From an uncultured Clostridia bacterium (GTDB lineage Bacteria; Bacillota; Clostridia; Christensenellales; UBA1242): a stretch of DNA of 64,000 bases. Of this stretch, positions 47,759 to 55,903 are shown piece after piece (the first letter of the stretch is position 1; each line of letters opens with the position of its first letter). Below the pieces are notes generated by a model. It made no database searches. It was not told where the DNA came from and saw nothing but the letters and a program-made list of their open reading frames with translations. Where the stretch lies: contig CAKNPS010000003.1 in the NCBI GenBank assembly GCA_930990515.1, positions 122,903-186,902 of the forward strand, read 5' to 3'. The position numbers and the translations under genes are program-made.

Positions 47759-48308
47759 TGAAGGTGCAGTATTCTAGTCATTTTCCATATTTTAGGAAGA
47801 TGAAGTAATGGCATCGACGGGCATATCTGTGAAGTTTCTGGTGCTTGCCTTGGTTGCCCAAACTGGGGTAGGTGCTGGAAGTTAAGATTTTTGGGCGAGT
47901 TATAACGGCATATAACATCCGTCCCAATTTTCGTGGAGACCTAGCAGGGTGAGAAATCACTCTATAGGTATGAACCTGCATTGCGGTAAAAGTCGTGTGC
48001 AGCGTAGCCTAGCCTGAGTGGACATTTTGGGATTAAGTTTAAACGCGAATTCTTTCTTGGCCATGAGAGTTTACGCCTGCTTATGAAATTATGTTTGCAA
48101 AACGGAAGAATAATTTATGGAAAATGTTAAGGAAAACTTCTAGACTGTTGCGTTTGCAGGCAGAGTAAGGATTATAGTGTGTTCTAAGTGGCGATTCGGT
48201 GTTATGTTCTGCTTAAAAGGAAACTGCTCTAAAGCGGTGACGCGGAGTGCGGAAATGGGAAATCCGACCGAACCTATGACACAAGGTTTACTTACTTTGT
48301 CACCTTCA
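47759..48308 (+). ncRNA. Large (about 550 nt) structured non-coding RNA of uncertain class (OLE-like by context; ROOL-like by size)
   Basis: No plausible ORF on either strand, and visibly GC-richer than its flanks. The 5' end tgaaggtg (47759-47766), at the predicted TSS, pairs perfectly with caccttca (48301-48308) immediately before the terminator. Internal hairpins include gttata acggca tataac (47899-47916) and gcg GTGA cgc (48234-48243). Confidence 0.75.
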
Positions 48309-48339
48309 TATAGAGCCTAAAAAGGCTCTATATTTTTTT
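48308..48339 (+). terminator. Rho-independent terminator of the large ncRNA
   Basis: atatagagcc taaaaa ggctctatat, followed by ttttttt. Confidence 0.85.
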
Positions 48340-48537
48340 GCCTAAAAATTTATTAAATTGTTTGTAAAATTTTATAAATTACTATCAAATATGCATGGAT
48401 ATATTTTATATATCCTACATTTTTGTTTTATTTATCGTTTTTATATAGTGTAATAAAAAACTAATTTAATCAATTTAGAACTCCATTTTGAATTATTTTG
48501 ATATTGTGCTATAATAGTTGTTATTAAGGAGATTTAA

Positions 48538-49302
48538 ATGGAAAAATCTAAAAAGAAAGGGAAGAAAAAACAATCTAAATTTGCACTATGGTTCAAGTGG
48601 CCACTTATTGTTTTGGTAGTGTCTTTCTCTCTTTCAATGGCTTTTGGAATTTTGAGTGAAATCGCTCTTACAAATGCCAATATCATTGTGGCGATTGTGG
48701 TTGTTCTAGTCTTTTTGGTTATTGCAATTATCACTGATATGATTGGAGTGGCGATTGCCGCTTGTGATACAACCCCTTTTAGGGCTATGGCAGCAAAGAA
48801 AATTCGCGGAGCAAAAGAAGCAATCATATTGGTCAAAAATGCCGACAGAGTTTCCAGCATTATCGCAGACATTTTAGGTGATGTATGCAGTATTTTGAGT
48901 GGTGCTGCTGGAACAACAATCGCGGTTGCACTTATTTCTGCAAGTATGTCATCAATTGTGCAAGTTATCATATCTTCTTTGGTTTCCGCTGTTATTGCTG
49001 CTCTCATCATTTCCGGCAAAGCATTTATGAAGAGATATTCTTTAATTCATTGTGAAAAGATTATTCTAATTTTAGGAAAATTTATTAGCATTTTTCATAT
49101 TTCCAAAAAATCTAAAAAGAAAGTTGATAAACAATATGCTCAAATTAAAGATAAAGAAAAAAGTGATGCGGAAGTTGTAGAAAATAACAAAAACCCCGTT
49201 GAAAATCAAGAAGAACAAGAAAAAACCGTTGAAATTGTCGAAAATAATGATACTATTAAAGATAAACAAGAAGAAAACGATAATCAAAATGAAGAGAAAT
49301 GA
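48538..49302 (+). CDS. Four-TM membrane protein with a basic N-terminus and an acidic low-complexity tail (DUF21/CNNM-TM-like; possible OapA analogue)
   Basis: SD aaggag and its own TGcTATAAT promoter. Four helices, with a basic loop TPFRAMAAKKIRGAKEAIILVKNADRVSS between TM2 and TM3. The C-terminal 80 aa are K/E/N-rich. Confidence 0.6.
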   Translation: MEKSKKKGKKKQSKFALWFKWPLIVLVVSFSLSMAFGILSEIALTNANIIVAIVVVLVFLVIAIITDMIGVAIAACDTTPFRAMAAKKIRGAKEAIILVKNADRVSSIIADILGDVCSILSGAAGTTIAVALISASMSSIVQVIISSLVSAVIAALIISGKAFMKRYSLIHCEKIILILGKFISIFHISKKSKKKVDKQYAQIKDKEKSDAEVVENNKNPVENQEEQEKTVEIVENNDTIKDKQEENDNQNEEK

Positions 49303-49366
49303 TTTAAATTATAAAAGTCGGTTAAATTGATTGGTATTTATTTTATAATATGTTATAATTATGTTT

Positions 49367-50521
49367 ATGAAAAGGAAGATAAAAGTTTTAATTACATTTA
49401 TTGAAGCAGGTATGGGGCACATGGTTACGGCACAAGCCATACTTGATGCATTAAAATTAAGAAATGATGAAAATGTTGAAGTTATAAAATCACAAATTTT
49501 GCAAAGGACCCCACTTCTTCAAAAATATGAAAAATTTTTGGTGGAACAAACAAAAATGGCAAGCAGAGCAAAAGGGTATAGTGGAACCCAATTCTTTTTT
49601 ATGAAAATTTTTGGGCCACAAACATCGTTAAGGTTTGTTCATAGCACTGTTTATCGAAAGCAAAGAAAGGAATATGTCAATGAATTAAGAAAGATAAACC
49701 CAGATATAATCATTGATACACATTATTTTGCTTCTCATTGTTCTTGCTATTTTCGTGACCATTTTAAGAAGAATTGCAAGGTTATAACTTACAATCCTGA
49801 TAATAATGTTCATGGTTGGTGGGACACTCGTGTTGATTATTTTATTACTAATAATGAACTTGCGACAGAAGAAGCAATCAATGTTCGTAAATTTCCAAAA
49901 GAAAAAGTTAAGCAAGTTTTCTTTATTACAAGACAATCTTTAGTTGATGATGAAAACACGAAAGAGTTTTATCGAGAAAAATACAACATTCCAAAAGACC
50001 AATTTACTGTTAAAATTGCAGATGGGGTTTATGCCGAAGCAAAACTTGAAGAATTTGTGAAGGAACTTGTAAAATCTAAGAAGAATATGACTATCATTGC
50101 TATTGCAGGCAAAAATAAAAAACTATATGAAGAGTTGAAGGAATTGAAAGTTCCAAAGAATATTCAACTTTTGCCATTTGAATTTGTTAAAGATATTCAT
50201 GAACTTTTCAAGGCAAGTGATTTGTTTATCACAAAAGCAGGGCCAAATGCTATTTTAGATAGTGTTTTCTTGAGAGTGCCAATCTTAGTCAATTATTCCG
50301 CTTCTACAATTGAAAAGCGAACAAAAGAACTTTTTGTTGACAGATTAAAATGCGGAGTAGATATTTCTGACAAGAAAAAAGCAAGAAAATTTGTTGAACA
50401 ATGCATTGATAATCCACACATTTTAGATAAATACATTAAAAATGAAGAGAAATTAGACAAACATCGCAACGGAGCAACAGAAATTGCAGAATTTGTTTCT
50501 CAAATTGCAAACAAAATGTAA
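49367..50521 (+). CDS. Glycosyltransferase of the MGDG-synthase/UgtP (GT28-like) family, probable glycolipid synthase
   Basis: N-terminal KVLITFIEAGMGHMVTAQAILDAL and C-terminal ITKAGPNAILDS resemble diacylglycerol glycosyltransferases. Start ambiguous: ATG at 49361 or at 49367. I chose 49367 because it lies 7 nt after a TGtTATAAT box. Confidence 0.6.
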   Translation: MKRKIKVLITFIEAGMGHMVTAQAILDALKLRNDENVEVIKSQILQRTPLLQKYEKFLVEQTKMASRAKGYSGTQFFFMKIFGPQTSLRFVHSTVYRKQRKEYVNELRKINPDIIIDTHYFASHCSCYFRDHFKKNCKVITYNPDNNVHGWWDTRVDYFITNNELATEEAINVRKFPKEKVKQVFFITRQSLVDDENTKEFYREKYNIPKDQFTVKIADGVYAEAKLEEFVKELVKSKKNMTIIAIAGKNKKLYEELKELKVPKNIQLLPFEFVKDIHELFKASDLFITKAGPNAILDSVFLRVPILVNYSASTIEKRTKELFVDRLKCGVDISDKKKARKFVEQCIDNPHILDKYIKNEEKLDKHRNGATEIAEFVSQIANKM

Positions 50522-50550
50522 AAATAGGTGAAAATTTTACCTATTTTTTT
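50522..50550 (+). terminator. Rho-independent terminator
   Basis: aataggt (50523-50529)/acctatt (50539-50545), followed by tttttt. It contains the GTG that the ORF track used as the start of the next ORF. Confidence 0.7.
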
Positions 50551-50572
50551 ATTTTTATGTTATAATCAAGCT

Positions 50573-51160
50573 ATGAATTTTATAATTTCACAAGTGATGG
50601 GCGGAATTGCTCTAATTTTAGTTTTTATTTCCTATTTTTTAAATAATAAGATTCATTTTCTTATATTTTATATTATTGGAAATATTTTTTATGCACTTTC
50701 TTATATTTTTATCAATGCTTTAGTTGCGGGAATAAATAGTTGTTTCAGCATTATTAGATGTATTATTATATACATATATGATAGGCAAGAAAAGAAAATC
50801 CCGTGGTTTTATTTGCCGATTTTTTCATTTTTATATATAGCGGTAGGAATAGTATTTTTTGAAAATTATTATGACATTATTGTGATGATAACACCAATTT
50901 TATTTACTCTTGCAATGATGATGGAAAATATGGAACTTTTACGCTATTTTATGATAATACCTAATTTAATGCTGGTTTTTTATGGTATTTTGAATGGGGT
51001 TTATACTTCAGCAGTGTTAGACTTTATTGAAGTTATTGTAATTTCAATATCTATTGTTAGTTTTTATGTTGGAATTATGAGAAAAAAGCATTTTGATAAG
51101 GAATATGAAAAAAGTTATAAAATAATTAAAAATGTTTTATTTAAAGAAAGAATAAATTAA
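50573..51160 (+). CDS. Polytopic membrane protein (YgjV-like)
   Basis: Start at MNFIISQVMGGIALILVF. Six hydrophobic helices. The ATG lies 6 nt after a TGtTATAAT box (50561-50566) and there is no SD. Confidence 0.5.
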   Translation: MNFIISQVMGGIALILVFISYFLNNKIHFLIFYIIGNIFYALSYIFINALVAGINSCFSIIRCIIIYIYDRQEKKIPWFYLPIFSFLYIAVGIVFFENYYDIIVMITPILFTLAMMMENMELLRYFMIIPNLMLVFYGILNGVYTSAVLDFIEVIVISISIVSFYVGIMRKKHFDKEYEKSYKIIKNVLFKERIN

Positions 51161-51238
51161 CACCTTTTATGCTTTAAACACTTGCATTTTTATTGTCTGT
51201 TTGGTAAAATATTAAGGTAAATTTTTAGTGAGGTTTTT

Positions 51239-53056
51239 ATGATTACTGACATAGAATTAAAAAATAAATGGTTTGAATTTTTTGAAAGTAAGGGATTTAA
51301 AAGGATTGCAGGTTATTCAATAATTCCTGAAAACGACCCTACTGTTCTTTTCACAACTGCTGGAATGCATCCGCTTGTTCCATATCTTCTTGGCGAGCCA
51401 CACCCAGAAGGAAATAAAATTTGTGATATTCAAAGGTGTATTAGAACAACTGATATTGATGAAGTAGGAGATAATTCACACTTAACATCTTTTGAAATGC
51501 TTGGAAATTGGTTTTTGGGTGAATGTGACAAGGAAAAAATGATTGAATATTCTTATGAATTTTTGACAAGTCCAAAATATTTAAATCTGCCAAAAGAAAG
51601 ACTTGCCACAACTGTTTTTGCAGGTGACGAAGTTGCTCCAAAAGATGAAGTTGCATATAACGCTTGGAAAAAATGTGGGATTAAAGATGTTTTCTATCTA
51701 GGAAAAGATAACAACTGGTGGGCTCTTGGTGGCGGAGTTGGACCATGTGGACCTGATACTGAAATGTTCTTTGATACTGGCAAACCAAAATGCTCAGAAA
51801 ATTGTTCTCCTGCCTGTGATTGCGGAAAATATGTTGAAATTTGGAACGATGTTTTTATGCAATATGTTGTTGAAAAAGAAGGCGAAAAAGTTAAACCGCT
51901 TAAAAAACCAAACATCGACACTGGAATGGGCTTAGAGAGAACCGTCATGGTTCTTAATGGACTTAAATCAATTTATGAATGTGGAATTTTGAAAGATGTT
52001 ATTGATTTTATTTCATCAAAAGCAGAAAAAAGATATGATGAAGATGAAAAATCCACTCGTTCATACCGCATTATTGCTGACCATTTACGTTCATCAATGT
52101 TTATTTTAGGAGATGAAAGGGGTGTTGTTCCTTCTAATGTTGGGCAAGGGTATATCTTAAGAAGATTTATTCGCCGTGCTGTTAATTGTGCAAGAAATAT
52201 TGGTTTTGATACCAAGTATTTTGAAAATATAATTGACCTATTTGTTGATAGACATGGGGAAGATTATGCCGATATTAAGAGAAATCGCGAATTTATTAAA
52301 AGCGAACTTAATAAAGAAGTAGAGAAATTCTCAAAGGCTCTTGAAGAAGGGCATAAAGAGTTTGAAAAGGTAATTCTTGGAATTGAAAAACACAAACAAT
52401 TTGCTGCTCTTAAGGGAGAGGTTGTTCCAAATATTATTTCTGGCAAGGCTTGTTTTAGACTTTATGACACATTTGGTTTTCCTTTTGAACTTACAAAAGA
52501 ACTTGCTTTAGAACGCGGATATCAAGTTGATGAAGAGGGATACAAAAAAGCCTTTGAAGAACATCAAGAAAAAAGCAGAACGGCATCAGCAGGGACTTTC
52601 AAAGGTGGACTTGCTGACACTTCAATGGCAAGTGCACATCTTCACACTGCGACACATCTTCTTATGGCAGGACTCAGAAAAATGTTTGGAAATCAAGTTC
52701 AACAAAAAGGTTCAAACATCACTCCTGAAAGACTTAGACTTGATTTCAATGTTGACCATAAATTGACACAAGAAGAACTTAAGGAATTAGAAAATTTTGT
52801 TAACGATGCCATAAAGAAAGCAATTCCAGTTACTTATGAAGAAATGTCAATTAGTGATGCCAAGAAAAGTGGGGCTGTTGGCGTTTTTGAAAACAAATAT
52901 GGCGAAGTTGTAAAAGTTTATACTATTGGTGATGTAAGTAAAGAAATTTGTGGTGGTCCACACGCTAAAAATACAGCTGATTTACATCACTTAAAGATTG
53001 TTAAAGAAGAAAGTTCTTCTGCAGGAATTAGAAGAATCAAGGCAATTTTGGACTAA
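51239..53056 (+). CDS. alaS: Alanine--tRNA ligase, unusually short (605 aa; no C-Ala domain)
   Basis: Class II AlaRS catalytic core (FTTAGMHPLVPYLLG, QRCIRTTDIDEVGD, FEMLGNWF, IDTGMGLERT). Editing-site motifs HTATHLL (HxxxH) and CGGPHAKNT (CxxxH). The ORF ends about 30 aa after the latter. Confidence 0.8.
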   Translation: MITDIELKNKWFEFFESKGFKRIAGYSIIPENDPTVLFTTAGMHPLVPYLLGEPHPEGNKICDIQRCIRTTDIDEVGDNSHLTSFEMLGNWFLGECDKEKMIEYSYEFLTSPKYLNLPKERLATTVFAGDEVAPKDEVAYNAWKKCGIKDVFYLGKDNNWWALGGGVGPCGPDTEMFFDTGKPKCSENCSPACDCGKYVEIWNDVFMQYVVEKEGEKVKPLKKPNIDTGMGLERTVMVLNGLKSIYECGILKDVIDFISSKAEKRYDEDEKSTRSYRIIADHLRSSMFILGDERGVVPSNVGQGYILRRFIRRAVNCARNIGFDTKYFENIIDLFVDRHGEDYADIKRNREFIKSELNKEVEKFSKALEEGHKEFEKVILGIEKHKQFAALKGEVVPNIISGKACFRLYDTFGFPFELTKELALERGYQVDEEGYKKAFEEHQEKSRTASAGTFKGGLADTSMASAHLHTATHLLMAGLRKMFGNQVQQKGSNITPERLRLDFNVDHKLTQEELKELENFVNDAIKKAIPVTYEEMSISDAKKSGAVGVFENKYGEVVKVYTIGDVSKEICGGPHAKNTADLHHLKIVKEESSSAGIRRIKAILD

Positions 53057-53068
53057 TATTTATTCTTC

Positions 53069-53097
53069 TTGACAAGATATTAATTAAATGTTATAAT
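53069..53097 (+). promoter_or_regulatory. Promoter of the 53169 gene
   Basis: TTGACA (53069-53074), 17-nt spacer, TGtTATAAT (hexamer 53092-53097). Confidence 0.6.
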
Positions 53098-53168
53098 ACT
53101 TTTAAAGTAAGCAAGATTACATTTATCAATAAATAGTTCTTGCAAAATAAAATTGAAAGGAGGAATTT

Positions 53169-54683
53169 ATGCCTCAAGGAAAGATTAAAAAAGGGTTTTT
53201 CTTCTATTTTGGACTTTTTGTGCTTTTACTTATTGCAATATTTTTAATCATACTTGTAATTTTAATGTTTAATCCAGGAAAAACAATTTTATGGTTTAAA
53301 TATTTCACATCAAGTCCAGAACCTTATGTGATTACACAAACGACAGAAGAAGATGAGAGTTTAAGAAAGGATATTGATTTGTCCAGTGGTTCTAGCATTG
53401 AAACAATCGAAATTGAAGCAACTTATGCAGATGTTTTAATTCAGAAAAATACTGGATATGCTGAAGACTGTATTATTATAGAAAATAATGCGAAAGGATT
53501 TGCAACCTCTGAGCAACCAACAGAATTTTCTTATGAAGTTCTTTTAGAAGGGACAACACTTTCTATTTCAGTTGTTGAACCAGAAGGATTTATTTATCTT
53601 TCAAAGAATATAACAATCACGATTAATATTGCATATCTTGTTGATTATGATGAATCAGATGGAAATTTCTCAAATTTCGCATTTAATATTTCAACAACAG
53701 ATGGAACCATTGACGTTGGTGGCAAAACTTATGTTGGACAAACAATTGCTCCAAAAGCATTGACTGCAACAACGACATCTGGCGATGTAATTTTAAGAAC
53801 AAGTGCTAATATTTTAAGAATGCAAGGGCTTAGTTTTACAACTCAAAGTGGTGAAATGTTAACTTCTGGCAATAATGTGACATATAATGGAGCACCTGCA
53901 AGTGGAATTGTTTTAAATGAAGGGACAATCAATTTGAGAACAACAAATGGAACAATTGATTTTGATGTTGTCAAAATTAATAATGGTGGCACTTTAAACA
54001 TCTCTAATGATAGAGGTAACATTGTTATTGATAATCTTGAAGTAGATAGAATTAATGTAAATTGTTATGAAGGAAACTATTTAATCGAAAATGTAATTTG
54101 TGATGAATTTACCTTTACTCCATCAGAAGATAGAATTGCATCTCCTAACATTCAAATTCAAGAAATGACAGGTGATTTCGTAATATCTTCAAGCAACAAC
54201 GCAAATCCAGATATTATTATTAATAAATTAAATGGTAGTGCCAATATTCAAGATATAAGTGGTTCCACTTCAATTAATGAACTTGATGGATATGTATATG
54301 CAATAGTTAGAAATGGTAGTTTAAATGTTACATTTGCTGACCAAACAACTAGCACAAACAGCAATTATTTGAGAGCAAATGGTGGGGCTTCTATTTCAGT
54401 TAAATTCTTAGGTGCTTATATAAATAACTTAAAAGTTATCACAGATAATGGAAAAATTAATTTTAATCTGACTGGAGAAGCAAGTTTTACAGCGAACCAT
54501 TTTGTTAACGATGGTGTCAACTATGGGGATACGGGAACAACTCCAGAATCTCTTGCCCCTAATAGAATTTCAACAAACATTGGGGAAGTTACAGGAAGTC
54601 AATTAATTGTTAGAGGGAATTCTTCAGAATCTGCAACAATAAATGTTTACACAAATTCAAATGTGGCTTATACTGTAAGTTAA
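53169..54683 (+). CDS. N-terminally anchored extracytoplasmic beta-repeat protein (DUF4097/putative adhesin-like)
   Basis: One N-terminal TM helix, then repeated short beta-strand units containing GDV/GTI/GNI (TTSGDVILRTSA, TTNGTIDFDVV, NDRGNIVIDNL, DNGKINFNL). Confidence 0.45.
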   Translation: MPQGKIKKGFFFYFGLFVLLLIAIFLIILVILMFNPGKTILWFKYFTSSPEPYVITQTTEEDESLRKDIDLSSGSSIETIEIEATYADVLIQKNTGYAEDCIIIENNAKGFATSEQPTEFSYEVLLEGTTLSISVVEPEGFIYLSKNITITINIAYLVDYDESDGNFSNFAFNISTTDGTIDVGGKTYVGQTIAPKALTATTTSGDVILRTSANILRMQGLSFTTQSGEMLTSGNNVTYNGAPASGIVLNEGTINLRTTNGTIDFDVVKINNGGTLNISNDRGNIVIDNLEVDRINVNCYEGNYLIENVICDEFTFTPSEDRIASPNIQIQEMTGDFVISSSNNANPDIIINKLNGSANIQDISGSTSINELDGYVYAIVRNGSLNVTFADQTTSTNSNYLRANGGASISVKFLGAYINNLKVITDNGKINFNLTGEASFTANHFVNDGVNYGDTGTTPESLAPNRISTNIGEVTGSQLIVRGNSSESATINVYTNSNVAYTVS

Positions 54684-54708
54684 TGAATTAAAATTAAGGT
54701 AAATTATT

Positions 54709-54738
54709 AAAGCATTAGTTAAATCTAATGCTTTTTTA
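54709..54738 (+). terminator. Rho-independent terminator
   Basis: agcattag (54711-54718)/ctaatgct (54725-54732), followed by tttttt. Confidence 0.75.
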
Positions 54739-54808
54739 TTTTAATTAATGATTTTAATAATGCTTAAATTATTTTGTTTTTAATTATTTATTTGATATAA
54801 TATTAAGT

Positions 54809-55903
54809 ATGAAAATAATTCATTGTGCAGATTTGCACTTAGATTTAAAAATGTTAAGTGGGCTTGATGCCGAAAAGCGAAAGATAAAAAGAACTCAACT
54901 TTTGCAAAATTTTTTTAATCTTTTAGATTATGCTAATAAAAATGGCGTTGATGCTATGCTTCTTTGCGGAGATATATTTGATACGCAAGAACCAACAAAA
55001 AAAACGCTTAGTCTTTTTAAAAATGCCATTTTAAACCATAATAATATAAAATTTTTCTATATTTGGGGAAATCACGACAAGAAAGTTATGCCATTTTCTT
55101 CTGACGAAATGCCGGAAAATTTCTATGTTTTTAAGGAAGATTTTTCAGCTATAGATTTAGATGAAAATGTTACCATTGGTGGAGCAAGTCTTGATAGATT
55201 TGTTAAAGATAATTTTTACTCTACAATAAATTTTGATAAAAATAGAGTTAATATTTTAATGTTGCATCAGCCGATAAACACCTCTGACCAATATTTTAAT
55301 GGTGTTTACACATATAATCTTGCTGGGAAATATATAGATTATTTGGCACTTGGTCATATTCATCAGTCACTTTCTGGGAAGATTGATGATAGGGGAGTTT
55401 GGCAATATAGTGGGGCTTTGGAAGGAAAATCTTTTAATGATGCTGTGCCTATTGGAAGTAAGAAAGGATTTTTCCTTTTAAACATTAAAAATGGAAAACT
55501 TGATTTTCAATTTGTGCCATTCAGTCTGTATGATTATCGAATTGTGGAAATTCCAGTTGACTTACAAGACGACCATTTTAAAGTGCTTGAAAAAATGGAA
55601 AATGTTTTGAAGTATCTTGGTAAAACCGATATTGTGAGAGTGATTTTGAAAGGAAAACATAAGGAAGAAAATGTTTTTCAACTTGATTTAATGTATCAAA
55701 AATTTAACAATAATTTTTTCAATTTTGAAATTGTAGATAACACAGAAACTGAGTTTGATTTTGAGAAGTATAGTCTTGAAACTTTTTCACTTAAAGGCGA
55801 GTTTTTAAGAACAGTAAGAGATAGCGAATTGTCACAAAGTGAAAAAGACAAAATTTCGCTCATTGGAATCGAAGCTCTTAAAGGGGAGGATATAACGTTA
55901 TGA
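54809..55903 (+). CDS. Mre11/SbcD-family metallophosphoesterase (YhaO-like DNA exonuclease)
   Basis: Motifs IIHCADLHLD, LLCGDIFD, WGNHD and GHIH. The ATG lies 7 nt after a TGaTATAAT box, with no SD. Confidence 0.8.
   Translation: MKIIHCADLHLDLKMLSGLDAEKRKIKRTQLLQNFFNLLDYANKNGVDAMLLCGDIFDTQEPTKKTLSLFKNAILNHNNIKFFYIWGNHDKKVMPFSSDEMPENFYVFKEDFSAIDLDENVTIGGASLDRFVKDNFYSTINFDKNRVNILMLHQPINTSDQYFNGVYTYNLAGKYIDYLALGHIHQSLSGKIDDRGVWQYSGALEGKSFNDAVPIGSKKGFFLLNIKNGKLDFQFVPFSLYDYRIVEIPVDLQDDHFKVLEKMENVLKYLGKTDIVRVILKGKHKEENVFQLDLMYQKFNNNFFNFEIVDNTETEFDFEKYSLETFSLKGEFLRTVRDSELSQSEKDKISLIGIEALKGEDITL

Noticed and set aside
47778-47981. 67-aa minus-strand ORF inside the large ncRNA locus
   Set aside because: It has no SD or promoter. 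It lies antisense to a promoter-to-terminator transcription unit, and its R/P/G-rich composition is what a GC-rich structured RNA gives when translated.
47759-48308. RNase P RNA or tmRNA identity for the large RNA
   Set aside because: I could not find the universal RNase P CR-I sequence (GAGGAAAGUCC) or the ACAGAA..GGCUUA block. There is no tRNA-like acceptor/T-arm pairing of the ends and no tag-peptide ORF as in tmRNA. A local resemblance (agggtgaga ... gcggtaaaag) is too short to count.
50528-50572. Upstream alternative start codons proposed by the ORF track: GTG 50528, TTG 59410, TTG 33926, ATG 31237 and ATG 61242
   Set aside because: Each lies inside a terminator hairpin or a -35 box, or lacks an SD. 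In every case a downstream ATG gives a canonical N-terminus or signal peptide with proper signals.
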